Assembly (NCBI GenBank): GCA_040285825.1
Contig: JAUPSS010000007.1
Coordinates: 1,466,624-1,530,623, forward strand
DNA length: 64,000 nt
Direction: 5' to 3'
Source: Eukaryota sp. TZLM1-RC
Lineage: Eukaryota > Protista > Metamonada: BaSk clade
How positions within the stretch are numbered: position 1 is the stretch's first letter; each line of letters begins with the position of its first letter. The position numbers and the translations under genes are program-made. The notes under the pieces are model-generated. The model was not told the origin of the DNA and ran no database searches. It saw only the letters and a list, made by a program, of their open reading frames with translations. Shown here in pieces: positions 22,289 through 33,521 of the stretch.

Positions 22289-24041
22289 CTGGCTGTAGCC
22301 AAGGATGTTTCGTTAGAGGGGTAATTCCTGCAATTATATGTTCCTGGAAAAGTTTTCTAAAAAAACCGTGATGATGCAAGACTTGTTGCATCATTATTGG
22401 AAAACATAAGAGAATAAAAGCATCATTGATCTGAAATACCGTGTTACTAACTCTTAGTCATGTGAATCATTGCTGTCATTATCAGTGTTGAGTCAGGAGG
22501 TCTAATGTAGGCACAAGATGACACTTTGTTCTTTTTTCTCTACATTTTTTTGAGCGTTCAAAAACATACACAACATAACTATTACATCCAAAGATCAATC
22601 ACACCACCCATCATTTGACTGGAAACACAACTCAGGGACTGGATTTGTTTTATTTTATTTTATTTTATTCCGTAGCTCCATTTTAAGAAAATAAATTATT
22701 GATTATTGAAGATTATTCTTTATAACAAACAATTGCAAAGTTTACAGAAACATTACTGTATCAAGTTTTGCAACATCAAATCAGAACTATCATGCAAAGG
22801 ACATGAATTTCCAAAATTTGTTTAGTTGATAGAAAAGCCCGTTTCTGAACTCAGAGACCTTGTGTAATGACCAGATACTAATATGATTTATTGCAAAATA
22901 TTGCGTTTTCAAATGCTGCCAACCATACCGCCAAATACTACTAAAGATTCTTCAAACATTGAGCTAGCATCATTGTATATTTAGCTGTTCATACAGTTTT
23001 CTTTTGGTTACTTTTCTAGAATTTCCCATAACTCTTCCGCTTGAACCATGTAGTTTTCTCCTGATTTTTAATGAAAGACATCATTGTGTTTGGTAATTAA
23101 CTTTATGTTTACTTAAATTTACTAATGGTTTATACTTCAAGAATGTGTTTGCACAATTTTCCATCAATTTTACCTAAAATAACCCACATTTAATTCTGAG
23201 GAGAATTGACTGAACAACATTTTCCGTGGAAAAATAATTAGTTATTTTGTTATACATTAATTAATTTTTTTTAATTAGTTATGTAATATGTACACAATAC
23301 CTCATTTTTTCTCGCGCACTTGCTGAATATAGTGAGAAAAATCTTTTACTCTAAGCAATCGAGATCGAGTGTCAAAGTCTCTTAAATAATCAATAATTGA
23401 AGAATTGAAGAATTCATTCAATCAGCGTCATGTGGAAAGCGGTTGCAAAATTCAAAAACAAAGTTTCTCCATCCACCAGGAAAAGCAACTTGACAAAGAA
23501 TCAAAGATTTAGTGAGATCAAAACCACCAAAACCAGTTGATGAAAACACAAGACTTCGATTTAGTTCAGGGTTGACAACAAACAAAAAAGAGAGAGATGC
23601 AAAAGTGATATATTTGGAGGTGTGGTTCTTGAAATGTGAGTATTTGAATTAAATTTGAATACCAATAAAATTAAAAATTTGTCAGGGGGCAAATGTACCA
23701 GAGTGACAAGCCTTTGAAATTAATAACTTAATGTGCTTTTCCATTTCAGATGAAGAAAATGTATCAAGTTCAATGAAACCTAATGAGAACCTAATTTTAA
23801 AAAAAGACCATTCTTCAGTAATCTTGGGAATATTTCCAAAACAGCGACCAAGGAAACAAAAAGCATCTGCAGAAAGTTCAAAATCAATAGATTAAAATCA
23901 GTGATGTAGTGTAAGGCTCTATTGATATCATCAACATGACTATTTTCAGAAACTTATTGTTTCCACTAAGAATGTACATAATTTTGATGAGAGCACAAGC
24001 GGTATTGACATCAACATTTATTCACAAACTGTGGTTTCAAT

Positions 24042-25841
24042 CTAAAGCTGCATTACATCAATGCCTTCAATTTCTCTACCATCAAACAACTCAGCAGTTA
24101 CCTTGAACACAACGACGTCTCCTTCCTTACAACACGAGCCCGAACATTTACAGAGTCTGGAGCGAAGAACAGAGAAGGTCAAATCATCGTATTCGTCGGG
24201 TTGTTCATCAGTACAATGATGAGGATTGGTTCCGTACAACTCATCTTTAGGATGAATGTATGGAGTGGAAACAGAGTTACGGACCTTCCAAGTTCTGTAT
24301 GGGGCAGTGCAAAACTCAAAATCCTCATCGAAAATGTCATCATATTTTACTGCTTCACGAGACTTACGGACCCAAACTCTAATGGTAGCGGGATCGATTT
24401 CGCGAGGATCAAACTCTTTGTGGCCAAGAATTGCAAAAGGAACAACACCTCCAATCCACAAATTACGGCAAGAAAGATCGTTGGGACATTGATTGGGGTA
24501 GATATCTACGAAAACCCTGCGAGGACGTTCAGGAGGACAGACATCAGGTTCCATACAGATCTCTTCACACTTGTCGAAATAGCAGTTTTTCATGCAAGTT
24601 AAACGCTTCTTGTAACACTTGGAGAAGCTGGGAGTCATGCACTTCTTGGCGCAAAAACCAATGCACTCAGGGCACTTCTCAACTGGAGGTTTAGGGGGCT
24701 TGGGATCAACGGGATCTTTATGCTTGGGACACTCAGGAGTAGGAACCTTTCCGGGATGTTTATAGCACTCACAGCTCTTGAAAGCACATCTAGATGATTC
24801 GAGTAGAGCTCCAGTTCTCAAGAGTTCTTTATACCAAGGAGGACAGAAATGGACATTAGGATCAGAGCAATACCATCTTACTTCAAACAATTCATGGTTT
24901 CTAGCCAAATGATCAATAAGTTCTGCGTACTTGCCTGTTGGGAAGGGAATGCGTGTACAATCAGCATGAATTTCCTTAAGGAATTGCCAATCAGACTTCT
25001 TGCACAGAGGTAATTCATTGAAAAGGTTGTTATCAAGGTATAGGAACTGGAGATGCTTCAAGGAACAGAGATTAGGTAGTGGTGATCTGAGGTGGTTCTT
25101 TGAAACACGTAGATGTTGAATGCTTTCCCATAACTTCTCAATGGAGAGGGGAAGGGTTCCGAAGAGGTGGTTCTTTTCAACACTGATAGTTCTGAGGAAC
25201 TTGAGGCATCCAATAGCTGGATGGAGAACGCCAAATAGATTGTTTTCTGATAGGAACAGGTGCCTGACAACCTTTTGATCTTCGCAATCAACTCCTTCCC
25301 AGCGACAGACATCCTTACCAGAAAGCCAGTTACGACGACTAACCCATTCATCACCTTGAGCTGCGAAATAGATCGCGCGAAGGGCATCAGCTTCGGAATA
25401 GTCCTTGCAATCAATTGGTTTGACCTTGACTTCTACAGGAGGCACATCGAAGTGCTTCTTACCAATACAGACGCGGCTACGTTTGCTGTCGATAACTTCA
25501 ACAGGAGAATGATCTGTGAGGACTCCATACTTGACGACCAAATTTTCTGAAGTGGATGATGTTACTTCCAATAAGGTTGTTCCATCCTTCCTTCTTGTTA
25601 GAGTCCCTCCACATGGCTCTAATACAGCAATCCAGGGTTGGAAGACTAATTGGTAGTGAACTTCAACATCATGAGCTGGCTCCTTGAACGAGAAGATTAA
25701 CTTTTCAGCTTCAGGTTTCGCTGGATTATAGACCCTAACCCAGTCATCATGGTTGACTTCCACTTTGTAAGTGGGATAATAATGGTCTGGCTTGTAGGCC
25801 AAGGCCACTGCTGCAAATACGAAGAACAGAAGGCACTTCAT
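24042..25841 (-). CDS. Secreted protein with plant-type LRRNT/LRR, Cys/Pro-rich linker and a prokaryote-like C-terminal domain
   Basis: Signal peptide MKCLLFFVFAAVALA; NWLSGKDVCRWEGVDC cap; LxxLxLxxNxLxGxLP repeats; C-terminal DIYPNQCPN...VVPFAILG...IDPATI...DGREIEGID. Confidence 0.8.
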   Translation of the reverse strand: MKCLLFFVFAAVALAYKPDHYYPTYKVEVNHDDWVRVYNPAKPEAEKLIFSFKEPAHDVEVHYQLVFQPWIAVLEPCGGTLTRRKDGTTLLEVTSSTSENLVVKYGVLTDHSPVEVIDSKRSRVCIGKKHFDVPPVEVKVKPIDCKDYSEADALRAIYFAAQGDEWVSRRNWLSGKDVCRWEGVDCEDQKVVRHLFLSENNLFGVLHPAIGCLKFLRTISVEKNHLFGTLPLSIEKLWESIQHLRVSKNHLRSPLPNLCSLKHLQFLYLDNNLFNELPLCKKSDWQFLKEIHADCTRIPFPTGKYAELIDHLARNHELFEVRWYCSDPNVHFCPPWYKELLRTGALLESSRCAFKSCECYKHPGKVPTPECPKHKDPVDPKPPKPPVEKCPECIGFCAKKCMTPSFSKCYKKRLTCMKNCYFDKCEEICMEPDVCPPERPRRVFVDIYPNQCPNDLSCRNLWIGGVVPFAILGHKEFDPREIDPATIRVWVRKSREAVKYDDIFDEDFEFCTAPYRTWKVRNSVSTPYIHPKDELYGTNPHHCTDEQPDEYDDLTFSVLRSRLCKCSGSCCKEGDVVVFKVTAELFDGREIEGIDVMQL

Positions 25842-26445
25842 CTGAGGTTACAATGGTGTTTCTTGAATTTAAATGTTACTGTAGATATTTACAGTTACTC
25901 TACAGCAATAAAGTTACAGTTAATGTGACGTATTCAGTAGACCTATTTCGCAAAATTATTCAAGGATGAGGGATTTGAATCACCATTTCCCTTTTCTAGA
26001 AATTTGAGGTGAACTGCTTTCTAAATCATTAGAATAAACAAAACCTTGAATTACATTTCCTTATTTTGGTTGAGCGACAGTTAATGACATTTATTGAAAA
26101 CTATTGCGTGTCAATTTGTCAAAATTTGAGTTATTTGAGCTCTTTTTTCATCTTTTGGTGTGATTGTTTTTGCTAAATCAGTATAATTTGATATTTCTTC
26201 ATTTTGTTTGATTAATTCAACAGTCGACATTTCAAAGGGAATAAATCTATCTTATTTTCTTTTTTTCTTTTTTCTTTCTGTTTCAAGAATTGTTTAGGAC
26301 AGATCCATTGCATCAATTCTAAGTTCATCTTTTGAATAATTTGAAAATAACCAAAGAGAGGTGTATTTAGATTTGGTATTATTTATTGGAAACAAAAACA
26401 TTCAGTTAAACAATTGTTTAAAAAACATATTTACAAAATAAATTT

Positions 26446-27386
26446 CTACTTACAAGCTTCAGTCAAACTATTGTCACGCTCAATATCGAAAGAGAACCAC
26501 ATAGGAAAAACATATTGCTTGAGATAAGGTAAAAACATCTTTTTCCTAAAATCATTATGCTTAAACCCATCAACTTTTACCTCAGCAAATCTCCCCTCCT
26601 TTTCCAACGTCCTCACCCCCACCAAGTCCTCTACATAAACCTTGGTCTCCTCACGGGGTTCTGTGATCCTAGAAGAATTAGCCTGGAAGAAGCAAAAAGC
26701 TCCGGAGCAAGGTGGTATGATGACCTCATCCATGGGAGACCAAAAGGCGAGGAAGAATTCTAGAGAGAGCAAATTGTCCTTGTAGGTTTGGTTGAATACC
26801 TTTTCGTTATCCAATTCAGAGAGGAATAACGACTTGTTGACATACCTTTCCAGTTGATAGGGTGACTTCCAGTACTGGGCGAATGAGAAAGCCTTTTGGA
26901 CATGTGGATCGTATGGAATCTTGGCGATAATTTCTGATATGTAAGGAGATAACACTTTGGGGATGCCGAATTGGCCACCATGGACTCCTGAGATTAGTTA
27001 TAAGAAAGAAAAAACACACCAGCAAGAGAGGTAAAGCTAATCACTTTTGGTCCAATGTCATTGTACTTTTCAATATATCCCCGAAATATAAGGGTTCCCT
27101 GACTGTGTGCTACAGCGTGAAAGCCATCTACTAACTGGGGGTCGGCATTGAGTCGCTCCCAAAGAAGATCTACTTGCTCCCAAACAGGAATGAGAAAGCT
27201 GTCCCAAAAACCATTGCCTATCTCAGCATTGTGAATGTAAACTTCGTCAAAGTAATGGTTATGGATAAGATCGGCAAGTTCTTCCATACTTTTGGCAGAA
27301 TCAACAACACCATGAAGTAGGACAACAGGAGTGAGAGCAAAAACGTTAGAAAGACAAAGAAGTAGTAGCAGAATCGGCGTGTACAT
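26446..27386 (-). CDS. PPT1: Palmitoyl-protein thioesterase 1-like, 302 aa; exons 27386-27020 and 26987-26446
   Basis: Signal peptide, PVVLLHG, AHSQG nucleophile, SLAG|VHGGQFG joined across a 32-nt intron (26988-27019), FAQYWK, DEVIIP. Confidence 0.9.
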
Positions 27387-27708
27387 GAGAATTGTTTGGA
27401 GAATTAATCACAATTCGCATTTTTTGGTAGTGTTGCATGAATATTACCAGATGCGTTCGCCTGTTTTCCATCAGACGTTCTGCTAGTGTCCCGGAATTTC
27501 CTGGTTGGAATAAATTTTCACTTATTTGATCAAAAATAATCTCCACATTGACTCCAATTACTTCCACAACGATCTAAATGAATCAATCGCCATGATCAAA
27601 TAAAAAAATGTCTTGTTCCATTTGACAGGATTTTGCAGATGCAAACGGATAATTTAAGCCAATTCACTCAGTTCGTATTTAGCATAGGAACTAATTCATG
27701 TGCGTCAT

Positions 27709-28567
27709 AAATAAATTTATTGAATTTGCACACTGAATTAAATTAATTCAATACTAATGGGACGACTATCATTGAACCAAGATTTCCTCTACAAAATCTT
27801 AATCTGCTTGCTGTCTAGCTAAAGCTTCTCTTATTCGATTGAAAAACCGTGGTAATCTGTTAGTAATGGCTAATTGAATCCGTGAACGTCATAAAAATAT
27901 ATCAAATTTTTTCATTGTTTTTTCTTGCACCATTTTTGGAATTCATTCAAAAAAGTTTCTGCTTCAACTGATAATCTTCCATTTATCGAAAATGGGAAAG
28001 CAATAAAAACAAGTTGTGTATTTCTATCGACATTAGCCTCTTCAATATCTTTATCATATTTTCTATGTTTTTCCTTTGCTTTAAAATCAAGAGCAGCCAC
28101 AGGATTAAGTTTTCTTCTGTGAACCAAAGTATCATTTGCAACATTACATGAGACAAAGTCAAAAATAGCTTCAGAATTATCAATCCAATCACAGTATACA
28201 TCACCTCTATCATCAGAACCAAAATTATTCAGAGAAAGTGTTTCCTTCAGCAGGGGCTCTTTGATACACGATATTCTTGCTGTTTGTGCTATATTGAAAA
28301 CAGTGTCTCTAACAGCATCATGTAATGAAGATGGATAAGTTATCAATTTGGAGCAATTCAGAGCATGGTGCAAAGTGAGTTGAGGTGAATTCGAACAAAT
28401 ACATTTTTCTTTTGATAATAATTGATTAATGGGGATATTCAAATATAATCTCATTTTTGTTACAAATGCTTCATTAGTGGCACACAATCCAAATCTTCGT
28501 GGTATAATGGTTACAAAAAGTGAAGACTCTGATGATTTGTTTTCACAAACACCCTTTTCCAATAACA
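27709..28567 (-). mobile_element. 5'-truncated family B non-LTR retrotransposon with 11-bp TSD
   Basis: CIC...HALNC zinc finger, HDAVRD, REL motifs; flanked by ATGTGCGTCAT at 27698-27708 and 28568-28578. Confidence 0.92.
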
Positions 28568-28619
28568 ATGTGCGTCATGTGGCTATGCTCGAATAATTTA
28601 AATAAATTTTCTTTTAAAT

Positions 28620-31600
28620 TCTACTCAAAAATTGACAAAAATTGAAAGAACTGAAAAAATGAAACCACTGCCATTAAAAGGTTCTAGAAAAATGTTCGAT
28701 TTGTGGTATCAGTGGTCATAATTCGAGAACGTGCCCTGAGAAACAAAAAAGAGAATTTGAATTAAAATCTGCTCACCAAATTCTCAAATGTTCTGTTCCA
28801 GCTGTTGCCGTTGTGAAAGGTGCTGAAAATAATGTTTCTGACGATCAACAGTTAAATGCTTCTAGTGTTCCCTCTTCTTCCCCTTCTGAAAACAGTAATT
28901 TTTGTTGTCCATTTTGCAAAAAAGATGTTGCAGATTCACGAAATGGTCGAAAACTTCTGTTTTGTACGAATTGTAAAGCCGTTGATACCGTAAGACCCCC
29001 GATCCGGATCCCAGTAGAAATAAGTCCCGCCAGCACAATCCCCTTCTCAATGGAAATGAGAAATTTTACTTCTGAATTGAAAAATAATAAGTGGAATATT
29101 TCATCCTTCTGGAAATATTTTGCTAGAAAAAACAAAAATTGTTTTAAGAAAAAAATTTGGAAATAGAAAAATTGTAAAATCAAAAATTTGCCGTAAATTG
29201 TGCTTACGTGGTCGTTATGGTGCCGCAAAGCAGTCTTTGTTTTCCTCTTCTTTGGCTGATGCAAACTCTGATACCCTTGAAAAACTTCAAAAGTTGCATC
29301 CTCAAGAAAATTTCAAGTGCAGCAAGCCTGAAGTGTGTCCTTTTTGGATTGAAAATCCTATTACTGCAATTGAAGTTCTTAAAGCTATTCAAAAATTGCC
29401 AAAGGGGAAAGCAGCAGGCCCATCTGGAATTTCTTTTGATCTGTTAAAAATAGCGTGTTCCAGTGCTCCCGAAATTGCTGATGATCTAGCCCACTATTTT
29501 CAACAATTGATTGTTTTGAAAATTAATCCTCCATTTGAATTACTCGCAGGACGTCTGATTGCTTTAGTAAAGCCTGGAAACGGAATCAAACCTGATGGAA
29601 TACGCCCAATTGCTGTTGGTGAATCTCTTTCTCGTTTGCTAGCATCAATTGTCTTCGATCGTGTCAAAGACAAAGCTTCTACATTTTTGAATCCTCATCA
29701 ATTTGGAATCAAAACAATTGATGGTGCTTCTGTTGCTGCTATTGCCTCTGATACCTTTTTTAATGCAGAAGAAAATAATTTTATTTTTAATCTCGACTTT
29801 AAAAATGCTTTTAATTCTGTAAAGCGAGAAGCAATTTTTGAAGTTATTAAATCTGACTTTCCTGAGTTATCGAGTTTTTTCTACCATTTTTATGGGAAAG
29901 AATCAGATTTAATTTTTAATTCATTTGGTCTTAAATCATCTTCTGGAGTGAAGCAGGGAGATCCTTTAGGCCCATTATTGTTTTGTTTAGCTATTCACAA
30001 AACTTTAAATATCATTAAGCAAAAATACCCTTCTATAAAAATAGTTGCTTATATGGATGATATATCCTTGATTGGTTCATTTGATTTACTAGAATTGGTT
30101 GCTCAAGAAATTGCCGATTCATATGAAAATATTGGGCTTCATCTTAATGCCAGCAAATGTCTTCTGATTGGCTCTTCTGCTCAAGACCTCGTGATAAACG
30201 AATCTATTGTCCCTTTTACTAATTATAGTAGTGATGCTTTTAAGTTCCTTGGTTGTTGGTTAGGAAATGTGCCTCAAATTCAGAATGAATTGCAAGTTAT
30301 TTTGGAAAAAATGAAAATTGAACTTGATTCAATTTCTTCTTTAGATATAGAAAAGCATATTAAATTTTTCATGCTTAAAATTTGCTACACTGGGAGAATA
30401 ACCCACATTTTGAGATCTTGTGCTCCTTCCATAGCATTAGATTTTTGTCGTTCTTTTAATTCATTGAGAACAGAATTTTTGCTGATTTATTGGATGTAGA
30501 ACCAGGAATGTTGAAAAGCCATTTATTTTCTTCAGCAAATTTGGGTGGTATTGGTTTTACTAAATCTTCAATTTTGTGTCAATCAGCATTCTTGGGTGGG
30601 GGCAAAAATTTTATTTATGAATTTTCTCATAGATTTCCTGATGATTCTCATCTGTTAGTCCCCAATTGTAGTCCCTATTTGTATGAGTTATCTTGTGAAC
30701 TTGAAAAATTACCGCCACAAATTTGGACCAAATGTTTTCCTCAATCAATTCAAGAAATTCCAATCCGATCTCTATTTAATTTACAGTTTTGCTGTAAAAA
30801 GCTTCAACAAAAATTGTCAAAGATTTTTGAAAGCTTGGATTTTGATGTTAGACTTGGCTTGGCCAAGAAAAAGAATCCCGCTTTTGCAAATCTTTTACAA
30901 GATATGTGTGACAGTACTTCTTCTGCCTTAGTAACAACAATTCCACAAGTTTATGGTACTCTCTTATCCGATTCTGCTTGGACTCTGAATATGAGATTTC
31001 GTTCCTTTATCTGGCCTGATAATTTACCTCATAATTTAATTTGTAAATGTTCTCGAGAAATTACAACTACTCATTTGTTAAATTGTAAACATTTTATTAC
31101 TTTTAGAAGCAAGGTTCATGATGCTGTAAGAGACCAGTTATATTGTATGTGTAAATCTCATAGAATTGAATCCTTCTTGGAACCTTTGTTGTCAAATCTG
31201 TTTGATGCTGAAAATGATTTTCATAAGAATAATAGAGGTGATGTCATATTACCTGGATTAGATGGAAGCTTCATTTTATTGGATGTAATGTCTGTTGATC
31301 CTTGTAATGCCTCAAATGAAAGGCTTGTTAATTCTGAAATTCATAATCCCCTTTCAAATGCTGAAAATTTTAAATTCAAAAAATACAATGAACCTTTGTC
31401 CAAATTGGCCAGTCTACAGCATGCAAAATACAATTTGTATCCATTTGTATTTTCCCTTTTTGGTTCACTTGCACCAACTGCTTTTACGTTTTTTTGGATG
31501 ATTTTGAAATGATTGTAAAGAGAAGAACTGGCAGAAATTTCAACAGATTGTTTTGGCAAAATAGAATTGTGTTTTCTATTTGTAAGGGGATGTTGAAGAA

Positions 31601-31730
31601 GGTTTCTGATGCTTTGCTTTCTCTTGGATCTCACTATGAGAGAGTTGCATCTAGTGTTTTTGTTTTGGGAGAGATGGATTTTTTAGATGTTGATTTATAG
31701 GTTTAGAATAAAATTAAATTTAAAAAAAAA
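28620..31730 (+). mobile_element. Near full-length CRE-like non-LTR retrotransposon (family A): zinc knuckle, RT, CCHC, REL endonuclease
   Basis: ATG at 28659, CSICGISGHNSRTC; RPIAVGE, LDFKNAFN, GVKQGDPLGP, YMDD; CKC...HLLNC, VHDAVRD, RGDV...LDVMSVDP...KFKKY; A-rich tail at about 31720-31730; four frameshifts, each in or beside a homopolymer run. Confidence 0.93.
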
Positions 31731-32029
31731 TTTCTTTTACATTTTGTTTCAGAATTTGTCACATCATTTTTTCCAACATTGGGGCATGTTCGATCATTAT
31801 GTCCTTGTTGTCGACACTTTGAGCATCTGTAGGAGCGTGGCTTCGTTTTTGAACAAACTTTGTTTTCATCGTGATTTTCTAAAAATTGTTGATCAGAAAT
31901 TTTTTTGTCCAAAAATGAAGAGAGAAGAGGTTGAGGAGGAGAGGTGGAAAGGACGTCTTGAGCATCTTGTTGTCTATCGTTCTTTCTTTTGACTCCATTA
32001 GAATCAGAAACTGATTCAGGCATCAACAA
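31731..32029 (-). pseudogene. Fragment with a CCHC zinc knuckle, probably the N-terminus of another retroelement, interrupted by the family A 3' end
   Basis: YRCSKCRQQGHNDRTCP; the frame runs into the family A tail. Confidence 0.55.
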
Positions 32030-32332
32030 GAAAGAATAGAAGCAATGGTCACAGTTCAGCCAGGTTTTAAGTTAAACGGTTTTATGTAGTGGAAACAAAT
32101 CCAAAATTCAAGATTACATATTTTAATAGTTTCTATCAATTATTTTCATTGGAAAAAAGAGTCCAATATTTAAAAAACAAACTATTGATAAAGTTATATT
32201 GAAAAGACCACCAATCGTACGGTGAGTAGTTCAAATCAGTTCCAACAGATGAGAATCCGAAATTTGAACAAATTCCATCTAGTGTTCTTCTGTTATACCC
32301 TTTCCATCTTTTAAACACGTCATCTGTACTCA

Positions 32333-32701
32333 ATGGAAGTTGAAGAAAGCTTAAGACGTATTACATCACATCCCGGAGTCTCTGGTGTCCTTATAATAAA
32401 CCAGGATGGTATCCCTATTAAGACATGGAAGCTTGACTCTGAGAAGGCAGTTCATGTACGATTACTTCATTCTTTCTTATCCTAGTTTGCCTCTGTCTTT
32501 TCCCCGTTTGTTCAAAAAGCCCAGTCCCTTCTTACATCATGTCCAGTTGATAAAGAATCAGTATGTTCGTCTTATCTACTCTTATCACATTCTGATGATC
32601 AGCAACTAAATCTCATAAGGTTGAGGACAGACAAGAACGAAATCATTATTACCCCAGATGTATCTACTGGTTACGTTATGATCACCTTACAAGATTGGTG
32701 A
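32333..32701 (+). CDS. DYNLRB: Dynein light chain, roadblock type, 98 aa; exons 32333-32455, 32486-32560, 32603-32701
   Basis: Spliced translation MEVEESLRRITSHPGVSGVLIINQDGIPIKT...QLNLIRLRTDKNEIIITPD...YVMITLQDW; GT-AG introns of 30 and 42 nt. Confidence 0.9.
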
Positions 32702-33521
32702 TGTTGTTAATAAATCTTTGTAATATTTATGTCTCAGTCACTTAATCCACTGACACCGCACCCTGAAATCACACTTCAACCTTCATGTTTATCTGTGCTT
32801 TCCATGTAATGGGGAATTTGGATCTTGCACCATGACTATCACTGTCATTGAGTTGTTTTAGAAACAATTTTTTCAATGGCATTTATGGGTGAAATCCAGG
32901 TATGTCAATATGCTTTCAATGTGTCCTGCATCATGATTTCTATTGGATTCCAAAAACCATTCAAAAAACCATCAGAATAGTTCGAATAGTTTATTATACC
33001 ATTATATATATTTTTTGTTGTGTCAACAATAATAAAATATTATATATATTATATTAGAATATTTTATACAGTATTATTAAAGAAATTAGAATCATTATTA
33101 AACAATGAACAACCCTGATCTCCAGTTTTAGGATATTATCATGTCGTCTTGTGTGTGGACTACTCGATAAAACTGAATTGGATTACTTTACCACCTCCAA
33201 CGTTCCATCTCTGAGTATGTTTTCTATATATGGTAATTAACAAAAAACTCTGATGTTATAAATTGCATAAAACATTAGCCGTTTTTGAGACCGGAAGTGT
33301 GTCTAGTATTGAAAACACAACTGGTAAGTATATTTTACTGTCTGTTACGTCGTATTCTCTGTGATATTGGTAGCAGTTCCCGTGAGCCAAATGTTAAAAC
33401 AAGATGACATCAGAGGGTGGTTGAGAGGAAACAGTTTGCTATGGTGATTGTCGATCACAAAACAAAACAGTTATCAAATGATATTCCTTATTAGGAACCC
33501 TTCATTCACAGTTCAAAGTCA

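Noticed and set aside
21957-22394. 145-aa ORF
   Set aside because: Spans the tRNA-Asp gene and has no protein motif; likely spurious
22600-23900. Possible decayed DNA transposase
   Set aside because: Only vague coding-like patches; no diagnostic motif could be read
29120-30499. RT as a retron, DGR or group II intron
   Set aside because: The N-terminal zinc knuckle, downstream CCHC and REL domain, A-rich tail and 5'-truncated copies identify a non-LTR retrotransposon
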